Below, piece by piece: positions 41,576 to 50,428 of a stretch of DNA of 64,000 bases; the stretch's first letter is position 1, and each line of letters starts with the position of its first letter. The stretch is taken from positions 156,955 through 220,954 of the forward strand of contig CAYZNK010000002.1 in the NCBI GenBank assembly GCA_964479955.1, written 5' to 3'. Origin of the DNA: an uncultured Candidatus Saccharibacteria bacterium. GTDB taxonomy: Bacteria; Patescibacteriota; Minisyncoccia; Minisyncoccales; Staskawiczbacteraceae. The notes beneath the pieces are model-generated. The model was not told the origin of the DNA. It did no database searches and worked only from the letters and a program-made list of their open reading frames with translations. Position numbers and translations under genes: made by a program.

Positions 41576-42888
41576 TTTAAATTTTTAACTTCTTTTATAA
41601 ACTGGTTTCCCCTGTCAAACTCATTTTTAAACATATTAAAACTTGCGGCCCCAGGAGAAAGAATTACTATGTCCCCTTTGTTTGAAATTTTAGAAGAAGT
41701 CTCAACAGCTTCCTGCATTGATAAAACTTTATGAACTTTTGCAAAACCGTCAAGTTCCCGCATTATCATGTCGGAAGCAGTGCCTGGAAACAAAATTATT
41801 TCTGAAACTTTTTCTTTAATTTTAAGAGACACTTCAACAAAACTTAACCCTTTATTCTGCCCCCCGCAAATTAAAATAATCTTTGAATCCGGAAATTCTG
41901 CAGAAAACGCGTCGATCGCAGCAATAACGGCGTCCGGCATTGTTGCCGCAGTGTCGTTATAATACCTTACACCCCTAAAGTTTCTGATAAATTCCTGCCT
42001 GTTTGGAACGCCCTTAAAGGATTTTATGGCTTTATTGATTTTTAAAACGGGGATTTTCAATATTTTAGCCACGCTTACAGCTGCAGCTAAATTTGAAAGA
42101 TTGTGCCTTCCTATCAATTTAAAATTATCTTTTTTGACCGACTTTTCTATTTCCTTTGCCGAGAAAAAAATAACTTTTGAAACGGCTTCTTTTGCAAAAT
42201 TTTTTAAGATTAAGTCTTCTTGGTTTAGTATCAGATGATCTTTTTTATTCTGATATTTAAAAATTATTTTTTTAGAATCTGCATATTCAGACATATCTCT
42301 GTACCTGTTAAGGTGGTCGGGCAATATGTTGGTTATTACCGCAATATTTGGGCTTTGTTTTAAATTTTCCAACTCAAAACTTGAAAGTTCTAAAACAACG
42401 TAACTGTCTTTTTTAGCTTTTTCAATAATTTCAAAAGGAGATAACCCTATATTCCCTGCCAAAAAAACCTTTTTATATTTTGATTTTAAGAGATTATAAA
42501 TCAGTGCGGATGTGGTTGACTTTCCTTTTGTACCAGTAATACCTATCACAAAAGACTTTGTTGTTTTTAAAAACAAGCTTGTAGGGGTTTCTATCGGTAC
42601 ATTATGTTTTCTTGCGATCTCCAGATAAGGCGATGAATTGGAGACATCCGGGTTTTTTATAATAATGTCAGCTGTCTTAAAGTCGTCTTCTCTATGTTTT
42701 CCTAAAATATACTCCGCCTTTATTTTTTTTAGTTTTTTTAAAGATTCTTCTAATTGAAAATTAGTTTTTAAATCAGTGACTAAAACATGGGCCCCTTGAT
42801 TATAAAAAAATTTTGCCGAACTCACTCCTCCGCCATTAAGGCCCAACCCCATTATTAAAATTTTTTTATTTTTAAAAATTTTACTCAT
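41572..42888 (-). CDS. murD: UDP-N-acetylmuramoylalanine--D-glutamate ligase
   Basis: IMGLGLNGGG and GITGTKGKSTT. Overlaps ftsW by 4 nt. Confidence 0.95.
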   Translation of the reverse strand: MSKIFKNKKILIMGLGLNGGGVSSAKFFYNQGAHVLVTDLKTNFQLEESLKKLKKIKAEYILGKHREDDFKTADIIIKNPDVSNSSPYLEIARKHNVPIETPTSLFLKTTKSFVIGITGTKGKSTTSALIYNLLKSKYKKVFLAGNIGLSPFEIIEKAKKDSYVVLELSSFELENLKQSPNIAVITNILPDHLNRYRDMSEYADSKKIIFKYQNKKDHLILNQEDLILKNFAKEAVSKVIFFSAKEIEKSVKKDNFKLIGRHNLSNLAAAVSVAKILKIPVLKINKAIKSFKGVPNRQEFIRNFRGVRYYNDTAATMPDAVIAAIDAFSAEFPDSKIILICGGQNKGLSFVEVSLKIKEKVSEIILFPGTASDMIMRELDGFAKVHKVLSMQEAVETSSKISNKGDIVILSPGAASFNMFKNEFDRGNQFIKEVKNLK

Positions 42889-43684
42889 TTGAAAAAGGGT
42901 CTTTTACTGTTTTATGTATTTTTTTGTTGAAGCAGAGAGAACTTATTTTTTTAAAATTATAAGGCTCATCACTAAAATAAAACTTGTGTCCCCCGCCCCT
43001 TTTAATTTTATTTTTAATTTTTGGATTTTCGTCCAAATATTTTTTAATTTCTTGAGATAAACTTTCAGCTGGATTTATAATTTTAACCCTTGGCCCGACG
43101 ATTTTTTCAATTGCTTTTTTTAACAGAGGATAATGAGTACACCCCAATACTAGCGTATCTATGTCTTTATCTTTCAGGGGTTTTATATATCTTTTAATTA
43201 TTTGAAGCGTAATTTTATCATCTGTCAATCCTTCTTCAACCAGAGGAACCAGCAATGGACACGAAGCGGAAAATATTTTAATTGAAGGATCTGCTTTTAA
43301 AAGATTATTTTGGTATGCATTGCTTTTTATTGTTCCAGGAGTTCCAATAATGCCCACTTTTTTATTTTTTGTTGCGGAAAGAATATCTGGAATAACAGGT
43401 GTTATCATTTCAAAAATTTTTATATGCTTGAATTTTTTCTTCAAAAAATCAGATGCCCACGCGGAAGATGTATTGCAGGCTATTACAATTATTTTGGCAT
43501 TTTTTTTAGCCAAAAGCCACTCTGTTATTTTTTCAGAATATTCTTTAACAAAATTAGCGCCTTTTGTTCCGTAAGGAAGGCGAGCCGTGTCGCCAAAATA
43601 AACTATTTGGTATTCAGGAAGAACTTTTGTTATTTCTTTTGTAACAGACATCCCCCCCACTCCAGAGTCAAAAATTCCGATCAT
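42881..43684 (-). CDS. murI: glutamate racemase
   Basis: IGIFDSGVGG, ACNTSS, LGCTHYPLL. Start moved to ATG 43684. Confidence 0.9.
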   Translation of the reverse strand: MIGIFDSGVGGMSVTKEITKVLPEYQIVYFGDTARLPYGTKGANFVKEYSEKITEWLLAKKNAKIIVIACNTSSAWASDFLKKKFKHIKIFEMITPVIPDILSATKNKKVGIIGTPGTIKSNAYQNNLLKADPSIKIFSASCPLLVPLVEEGLTDDKITLQIIKRYIKPLKDKDIDTLVLGCTHYPLLKKAIEKIVGPRVKIINPAESLSQEIKKYLDENPKIKNKIKRGGGHKFYFSDEPYNFKKISSLCFNKKIHKTVKDPFSNE

Positions 43685-43790
43685 AATATTCCATTGGATA
43701 AAACCCAAATTTAAATATAATGTTAAATTATAACAATATTTTTCTTAAAATTAAAGCGCCTGCAATTTTAGCAGGCGTTTTAATTTTAAA

Positions 43791-45056
43791 TTAGACGTTC
43801 TTTGAAACTCTTTTAAAGACCACTGAAAAAAGAAAAACCAACACTAATCCTACTATAATCCACATATACCACTTTTTAAAAAATTCCCAAATTACGTTTG
43901 TTTTTATTTCTTCTGAGGAAACAACAGCGGCAAGATTTGATTGGCTTGCGTCAAAGTTAATTGATATAAAATCAGACTGGCTGATTTGGCTGGAATTTAA
44001 AAACGCAATCGCCTGCTTATCCTGCTTGATATCAAATTCTTGAGTTTTCCCTTCAAATGTTATTGTTTTTTTTCCTTGGGCAGGGATAGAACCCACGCTT
44101 ATTCCGGAAACTATATCTCCTGAGACCGGGACATCGTCAACTTTTAAATTTCCTAAATAAGAAATTTCTGTTGGAATATTTACAGAAACAATAAGATTTT
44201 CCGCCTGTAAATTTGAACTGTTATTTATTGTTATCATAAAATATACAGCACCGTTTTGTCCGATTTGAACCATTTTATCCCACTGCAACGAATCTTGCTG
44301 TTTTTTTGCAAAAAAGGAAATTACCAAATTTTGTATTTCAGCCTGATTGTTATTACCCCCTGTATCTGTTTTACAATCAGCGGGGCAATTATCTTTATTT
44401 TCCCCTAAGTTTTGTTCACAGCTCCCGTTTGGACAATTTAATTTTAAGCAATATTTATTGTAACTGTCCGAACCGACGGCGCATGTTGTTCCGTCGCATT
44501 TTTGAATATTTATACATGCAGAATTATTGCAGGAATCCAAGGTACATTCATTTGAATCTGAACATTTCTGATATAATCCGCTTGCAACCCCTAAAGAATC
44601 GTACCAATATATAGAGCCGTTATGACAGGCTTTTGTTGAATAAGCGACATAAGGCGTTTCTTTTATTGGTTGATCCAAATTTGAAACACACTGCCCAAAC
44701 TGACACAAAAGATTATAATTTTGGCAGTTTTGATACAATTCCTGCTGATTTGAGCATGAGTCATACCAATAAATAGAATTACCTACGCAATCTCTGTAAG
44801 CACGGCTATTGCAAGACGAATAATTGTTGTAATAATAACCGTTATAACCATTGTAATTATTGCAAGAACCGTTAGAGCATCCGTTATAGCAGTATTCAGC
44901 CACTTCTTGCTGATTTGAGCATGAGTCATACCAATACAAATAATTTCCTGAACAACTCTTATAGCTGTGGCTATAACAGGCAAAAGCAAAAGAAGCAGCA
45001 GAAAATGCGGCTAAAATTACAGCTAAAAATAAGAGTAATTTACTTATTTTTTTCAT
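43791..45056 (-). CDS. secreted Cys-rich repeat protein with C-terminal TM anchor
   Basis: Signal peptide. Three repeats of C..G..(L/I)YWYDSCSNQQE..C motif units, also visible as DNA repeats near 44745 and 44905. C-terminal WYMWIIVGLVLVFLFSVVF. Confidence 0.75.
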   Translation of the reverse strand: MKKISKLLLFLAVILAAFSAASFAFACYSHSYKSCSGNYLYWYDSCSNQQEVAEYCYNGCSNGSCNNYNGYNGYYYNNYSSCNSRAYRDCVGNSIYWYDSCSNQQELYQNCQNYNLLCQFGQCVSNLDQPIKETPYVAYSTKACHNGSIYWYDSLGVASGLYQKCSDSNECTLDSCNNSACINIQKCDGTTCAVGSDSYNKYCLKLNCPNGSCEQNLGENKDNCPADCKTDTGGNNNQAEIQNLVISFFAKKQQDSLQWDKMVQIGQNGAVYFMITINNSSNLQAENLIVSVNIPTEISYLGNLKVDDVPVSGDIVSGISVGSIPAQGKKTITFEGKTQEFDIKQDKQAIAFLNSSQISQSDFISINFDASQSNLAAVVSSEEIKTNVIWEFFKKWYMWIIVGLVLVFLFSVVFKRVSKNV

Positions 45057-45174
45057 TTTTTAGATTCGTTTTTATAATTTTTAATTTTACCATTTTATAA
45101 CAAAATGTCAATAAAAAAGGCTCCCGCGGGAACACAATTTTATATCTATCAATAATGTGTATACCAAAAAAGTT

Positions 45175-46236
45175 TTAGTAAAATAACCTTACAGCAACTC
45201 CTATAAAAGCTAAGATAATCCCTATTATCCAAAAACGCATCGTAACTTTATAACTTGGCCATCCGATTGCTTCAAAATGATGGTGTATTGGAGTTGAAAG
45301 GAATATTTTTTTCTTCCTAAATTTTTTTGATAAAAGTTGGATTATAACCGACAAAACTTCAATTACAAGGATTCCAGCTATTATAGGTAATACATAAACT
45401 GAATTTGTAAGAAAACTTACCACTGCTAATACTGACGTAAGACCTAATATCCCGGTTTCAGACATATAAAATCTTGCAGGAGGGATATTAAACCACAAAA
45501 AAGAAAACAATGCCCCGCAGATTGCCGCGCAGAATGATGCTAAATCTATTTTTCCAAGCGAAAAAGAAATAATTGAGAAGGCTCCAAAAATTGCTGCAAA
45601 AATTCCCCCGGACAAACCGTCAATCCCATCAACAATTCCTCCCGCCCAACATGCTGTCATAACTATTATAAACAAAGGAATATAAAAGAGTCCTATTGAA
45701 ACATTCCCCAAAAACGGAATATAAACTATATCCCAGCCTAATTTTTGATAAAACCATACACTTCCTATAAGTCCCAAAACCATCACTATTATCAGTCTTT
45801 TTCTAAAAGATAACCCCCCTCCAATGTATTTTCCCCCTCCGGAGACAACTAAAATATCATCGACTAATCCCACAATGGAAGCAACAACCAAAGTAAATAA
45901 GGGCAACCATGTTTCCTGCCTTGATAAAAAATTAAATTGGGATATAGGAAAATTTGGAAAAAGAGAAGAAAGAGCAAAAAACAAAAAAATAACAATCAAA
46001 ACAGTGCCCCAGATAACTATGCCTCCCATGCGGGGTGTTCCCATTTCTCTTTCTTTGTGCAAACTATTAAATATTGTTGCGTCTTCCCCTGAAATAGCTT
46101 TTGCTCTAGCCGTTTTTTTCCATAACTTATGCTTGTACAAAAAATTAATCAAAATCGGAGACCATAATATGGCAACAAAAGAACTTATAGAGGCTATGCT
46201 AAAAACCTTGATTACGCTGAAAGTTAATGGTGTCAT
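45175..46236 (-). CDS. mraY: phospho-N-acetylmuramoyl-pentapeptide transferase
   Basis: GTPRMGG, VGLVDD, DGIDGLSGG, HHHFE. Confidence 0.95.
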   Translation of the reverse strand: MTPLTFSVIKVFSIASISSFVAILWSPILINFLYKHKLWKKTARAKAISGEDATIFNSLHKEREMGTPRMGGIVIWGTVLIVIFLFFALSSLFPNFPISQFNFLSRQETWLPLFTLVVASIVGLVDDILVVSGGGKYIGGGLSFRKRLIIVMVLGLIGSVWFYQKLGWDIVYIPFLGNVSIGLFYIPLFIIVMTACWAGGIVDGIDGLSGGIFAAIFGAFSIISFSLGKIDLASFCAAICGALFSFLWFNIPPARFYMSETGILGLTSVLAVVSFLTNSVYVLPIIAGILVIEVLSVIIQLLSKKFRKKKIFLSTPIHHHFEAIGWPSYKVTMRFWIIGIILAFIGVAVRLFY

Positions 46237-47190
46237 TTAATTTTGTTGTTTTCCTTTATTTATTAATTTTTTCATTTCCAAAAATCTGTCTTCAGCCCCC
46301 AAAACAATGTTTATAAGATAATCAGAACTTTCTGGGTCTTCTAAAACCATTAACAGGCATCCGTTCGCTTCATTAGTAAATCCGGTTTTACTTAAAACTG
46401 TTTTGGAGAACTCCTGCAAAAGCTGGTTTGTGTTTGATGTTTCCTTAAAATTTTGCGGCTCATACTTCTGCAAAACAGTCATTTGGGCAATTTTAGGATA
46501 TTTTTCCAATATATGTTTTGCAAAAAATGATAAATCTTTTGCAGTGGATATATTTTTTTCATCCAAACCTGTTGTGTCTGAAAAAAAAGTGTCTGACATC
46601 CCTATTTCTTCTGCTTTTTTATTCATCAAAGAGATAAATTTTTCATTTCCCATGTATGTTGACAAAATATAAGCTGCTTTATTGTTTGATTCTATGAGCA
46701 TTATGCGCAAAAGGTCTTCTACTATAAAGCTGTCCCCTGTTTTAAAGTCAACTGGCAAAGGTTGGTTGGGAAGAATATCCTCTGTGAGTAAAATTTCTTC
46801 TGACAAGCTATAATTATCAAAAACCACTAATGCTGTCATTAATTTTGTCAGGCTGGCAATAGGAAGTCTTGAGTCTTTATTTTTTTCAAAAATTATTTCT
46901 GTGTTTCCCGCCAAATCGGTTTTTACGCAAATCGCCTCTTTGGCATAAATTTCTTCTTCTAAAAAATCAGGCACTATATTTATTTCTTCTCTGGCTTTTT
47001 CAATATTGCCTATATCTGAATCTTTCTCTGCATTAGCTTCAGATACACTCCCCAGATAAGGTTCTCCGCTGACCTCAAGCACCGGAAGCAAATAAATGTT
47101 GAATCCCAAAATGACAATCAAAAAAACAAAAATAAAAATAAACGACAAAGAGAATCCTTTTAAAAACTTTTTTTGGGCTGAATTCATCAT
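46237..47190 (-). CDS. D-alanyl-D-alanine carboxypeptidase (S11, PBP5/6-like)
   Basis: SLTK (SxxK), ESNN (SxN) and KTGFT (KTG) motifs. N-terminal TM helix. Confidence 0.85.
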   Translation of the reverse strand: MMNSAQKKFLKGFSLSFIFIFVFLIVILGFNIYLLPVLEVSGEPYLGSVSEANAEKDSDIGNIEKAREEINIVPDFLEEEIYAKEAICVKTDLAGNTEIIFEKNKDSRLPIASLTKLMTALVVFDNYSLSEEILLTEDILPNQPLPVDFKTGDSFIVEDLLRIMLIESNNKAAYILSTYMGNEKFISLMNKKAEEIGMSDTFFSDTTGLDEKNISTAKDLSFFAKHILEKYPKIAQMTVLQKYEPQNFKETSNTNQLLQEFSKTVLSKTGFTNEANGCLLMVLEDPESSDYLINIVLGAEDRFLEMKKLINKGKQQN

Positions 47191-47201
47191 TTTGCCTTAT
47201 T

Positions 47202-48614
47202 TTATTTCTTAGGTTCTTTTTTGGTTTCTATTTTTATATGAAGTTCTTTAAGCTGCTTTTTATCAATTTCTGAAGGAGAATCCATCATTAAATCCCTGCC
47301 ATCTCCTGTTTTTGGAAAAGCAATTATTTCTCTTATGTTTGGTTCGTTTCTCAATATTGCCAAAAGCCTTTCTAATCCCCATGCGATTCCTCCGTGTGGA
47401 GGCGCACCAAATTTAAAAGCCTCAAGCATGTGCCCGAAACCCTGCCCGATTTGCTCCTCTTTATATCCCATTATTTCAAAAACTTTCTTTAATAATTCCG
47501 GCTTGTGATTTCTTACGCTTCCTCCGCCAATTTCAAATCCATTAAGGACAACATCATATTGAGTTGTTAAAATTTTATCTATATTTTTCTTCGCCATTAG
47601 ATCTTCTGAAAATTCCTTTTTAGCCGCCGAAAAAGGATTGTGAGTAAATGTCCATTTTTTATCATCTGTCTTTTCAAAAAAAGGAAAATCGATTACCCAA
47701 CAGAAAGCCAATAAGTTTGAATCTGTTTTATCTTTTCTTATGTCGGGCCTGTCTGTTTTATATTTTTTTATTGCCTCCTGGTAAGAAATTCTTGGAAAAG
47801 GAATCTCTTGTATTCTCTTTTCCGGAAATAAATTCTGGACAATGGAAATTAAAAGCCGTTCGTTCAACTCAATTACATCTTCTTCTTCAACAAAGCTCAT
47901 TTCCATATCCAGTTGAGTAAATTCGGGCTGTCTATCCCCTCTTGGGTCCTCATCCCTCAAGCATTTTGCTATTTGAAAATATTTTTCAAGGCCTGCTACC
48001 ATCAAAAGCTGTTTGTACTGCTGGGGAGATTGAGGAAGTGCATAAAATTTTCCGACCTCTGTTCTTGCAGGGACAATATAGTCTCTGGCTCCTTCCGGAG
48101 TTGATTTTGTCAAAATAGGAGTTTCAATTTCAGTAAAACCCTCCCTGTCCAAAAAATTCCGTATAAACTGGTTCACTTTATGGCGGATAACAAGATTATT
48201 TTTCAGCCTTTCCCTTCTCAAGTCCAGATACCTGTATTTCATTCTTATTTCTTCGTTTATTTCGTAGCCAGGCTCCTCAATTGAAAAAGGAAGTGTTTCT
48301 GACTCTGATAAAACCTCCAGCAATTCAACAGACATTTCAATTTGGCCCGTTTCAATCTTTGGATTTACCATGTTGTCTGGCCTTTTTAAAATTTGGCCCT
48401 CAACAGAAATAACCCATTCTGGCCTTAACATTTCAGCTTTTTGGTAGGCCTCCTTATTGGACGGAATAAAAACCAACTGCAAAATTCCGCTTTTATCCCT
48501 AAGGTCAATAAATAAAATTTTGCCATGAGCCCTTCTCACATTCACCCACCCTGAAATTTTTACTTTTTCTCCGATATGTTTTACTGTTTCTGAAATTAAA
48601 AACCTGTGTTGCAT
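47202..48614 (-). CDS. aspS: aspartate--tRNA ligase (short form without GAD insertion)
   Basis: FIDLRDKSGILQLVF, QSPQQYKQLLM, FQIAKCLRDED, GGIAWGLERL. Confidence 0.95.
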   Translation of the reverse strand: MQHRFLISETVKHIGEKVKISGWVNVRRAHGKILFIDLRDKSGILQLVFIPSNKEAYQKAEMLRPEWVISVEGQILKRPDNMVNPKIETGQIEMSVELLEVLSESETLPFSIEEPGYEINEEIRMKYRYLDLRRERLKNNLVIRHKVNQFIRNFLDREGFTEIETPILTKSTPEGARDYIVPARTEVGKFYALPQSPQQYKQLLMVAGLEKYFQIAKCLRDEDPRGDRQPEFTQLDMEMSFVEEEDVIELNERLLISIVQNLFPEKRIQEIPFPRISYQEAIKKYKTDRPDIRKDKTDSNLLAFCWVIDFPFFEKTDDKKWTFTHNPFSAAKKEFSEDLMAKKNIDKILTTQYDVVLNGFEIGGGSVRNHKPELLKKVFEIMGYKEEQIGQGFGHMLEAFKFGAPPHGGIAWGLERLLAILRNEPNIREIIAFPKTGDGRDLMMDSPSEIDKKQLKELHIKIETKKEPKK

Positions 48615-48619
48615 ATTTT

Positions 48620-49846
48620 TTATTTCTTTTTTATTTTTCTAAATTTTCTATTTCCAACTTTTATAACCCTTCCATTGTATATATCTATATTAATCTTTTC
48701 TTTCCAATCATTAATTTTTTGCCAATCGCCTCCTTCTATTTCTATTGCAACACCCCCACCCTCAATTAATCTTTTTGCTTCACTTTTTGATGCGCTCAAT
48801 CCGCTGTCGCACAATAAATCCATGATTGGACAAAAATTCTGGGAAACTTCAAAAATTTCTATTTCTTCGGGCAATTCTCTTTTACTATGAATCTTATTAA
48901 ATTCTTCCTCCGCTTTTTTAGATTCTTTGCCTCCGTAAAAAATTTTTGTTATTTCATAGGCCAGCCTTGCTTTTGCATCTCTTGGATTAAATTCTGTGAT
49001 TATTTTTTCTATTTCCTCAAGCGCCAGATAAGTATTGTTCACAAATAAAATTTTAATCATTTCGTCAGGCTGGGCCATTATTTGCCCGTACATATCCTTT
49101 GGGCCCGCATCCAAAAAAACTCCCGTGCCCTTGCTTTTTGACATTAATTCTCCAGTTTTTGGATTTTCCATCAAAGTGACGGCAACAACAAATTTGTCTT
49201 TATTTTTTAACTTTTTCATCAGGTCCCTGCCTGCTAAAGCATTAAAAATCTGGTCTGTACCGCAAACTTCAACATCAACATCCATTGCCACAGAGTCATA
49301 TCCCTGCATCAAAGGATATAAAAATTCATTTAAATAAATCGGTTTTTGCTCTTTAATTCTTTTTTCAAACATATCCCTTTCAAGCAATCTTTGAACGGTA
49401 AAATTACCTGCCAAATTTATCAAATCTTCCATATTCAACCTTGAAAGCCAGCTGTTATTATACATTATTTTTGGCGGATTCTTAAAATCATTAAAATTCA
49501 TTAAGGGTTTTATTAACTGCTTCCATTTTTTAACATTTTCTGTGACCTCTTTTTTGGTCAGCTGTTTTCTGACAGAATTTTCTCCGGTTGGGTCCCCTAT
49601 TCTTGCTGTGAAATCCCCAAAAAGTATAATAACCTCGTGGCCTAATCTTCTGAATTTTTCCATCAGGATTATGTTTTTGGCATGGCTTAAATGCAGAGTT
49701 GGCGAAGTTGCGTCAAAACCTATATAAAACCTCATCTTCTTGCCGGAAGCCAATTTTCTCCTGAAGTCTTCTTTATCTGGTAAAATTTCCACTATGGTTC
49801 CTCTATTTAGCACCTGGTCAATTTTTTCTATATTTGTTTCTGGCAT
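48620..49846 (-). CDS. tyrS: tyrosine--tRNA ligase
   Basis: YIGFDATSPTLHLSH (HIGH-like), KMSKSKG, C-terminal S4-like domain. Confidence 0.95.
   Translation of the reverse strand: MPETNIEKIDQVLNRGTIVEILPDKEDFRRKLASGKKMRFYIGFDATSPTLHLSHAKNIILMEKFRRLGHEVIILFGDFTARIGDPTGENSVRKQLTKKEVTENVKKWKQLIKPLMNFNDFKNPPKIMYNNSWLSRLNMEDLINLAGNFTVQRLLERDMFEKRIKEQKPIYLNEFLYPLMQGYDSVAMDVDVEVCGTDQIFNALAGRDLMKKLKNKDKFVVAVTLMENPKTGELMSKSKGTGVFLDAGPKDMYGQIMAQPDEMIKILFVNNTYLALEEIEKIITEFNPRDAKARLAYEITKIFYGGKESKKAEEEFNKIHSKRELPEEIEIFEVSQNFCPIMDLLCDSGLSASKSEAKRLIEGGGVAIEIEGGDWQKINDWKEKINIDIYNGRVIKVGNRKFRKIKKK
48805..48819 (-). repeat. ATTGTGCGAC-word copy (reverse) inside tyrS
   Basis: The plus strand reads TGTCGCACAATAAAT, in the sense orientation of tyrS, where it encodes ..DLLCDS.. 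Confidence 0.85.
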
Positions 49847-49947
49847 AAAAATTTAATTAAAACTTTCATTATTGAATAATAACAATTTATACAAAAAAGA
49901 TAAAGATGTTAAAAAGTTTTTGCTGTTTTTTCCACAGTTCAAAAATA

Positions 49948-49976
49948 TTGACATAGTTGTTTAAAAATGAGATTAT
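49948..49976 (+). promoter_or_regulatory. sigma70-type promoter of a GC-rich cassette
   Basis: TTGACA (49948-49953), 17-nt spacer, GATTAT (49971-49976). Leader of about 120 nt. Confidence 0.5.
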
Positions 49977-50104
49977 TATAATAGTTCCAAAACAACAAAC
50001 TTTGCACCTTTTTTATCTGCCACGGAAAGGGGCAGAAACTAGGAAAGGCGGAGAAGAGGCAAACCCGCTTTTCTGCAACGTAATGACACGGAAAGGATGA
50101 AGTC

Positions 50105-50380
50105 ATGTCCTGGAGAGAAAAAACTCTAGACGTTTCAGTGGGATTATTTAATACGAGACCAGAAAACCCTCCGGTCGTTGAAAAAAAATCCAGCAATGGA
50201 AAGAAACTCAACGACACGACGGGAAACCCTCCGCCCCCGGTCTCTGACGAAGACGCCACGCAAGATACCCCCCAAAAAAGAAAAAGGGGGAGAAATCTCA
50301 AAACGCTGAGCCGAGAAAACACAAGGAGAGCCCAACGCCTGCATCAAAAGAAGATGGCCTCGCTACAGAGGGCAATCTAA
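50105..50380 (+). CDS. hypothetical basic, low-complexity protein (91 aa, GC-rich cassette)
   Basis: GAAAGGA lies upstream of the ATG. PPPPVSDEDATQDTPQKRKRGRNLKTLSRENTRRAQRLHQKK. Antisense to the flanking minus-strand operons. Confidence 0.55.
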   Translation: MSWREKTLDVSVGLFNTRPENPPVVEKKSSNGKKLNDTTGNPPPPVSDEDATQDTPQKRKRGRNLKTLSRENTRRAQRLHQKKMASLQRAI

Positions 50381-50387
50381 GCAAATA

Positions 50388-50425
50388 CCCTGCCAGGGAA
50401 AATATCCTGGCAGGGATGTTTTTTT
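50388..50425 (+). terminator. intrinsic terminator
   Basis: CCCTGCCAGG-gaaaatat-CCTGGCAGGG followed by ATGTTTTTTT. Confidence 0.85.
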
Positions 50426-50428
50426 GGT

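Noticed and set aside
43310-46240. Antisense ORFs in murI (43310..43714) and mraY (45824..46240)
   Set aside because: They lie opposite well-conserved enzyme genes, with no start signals. They are typical shadow ORFs.
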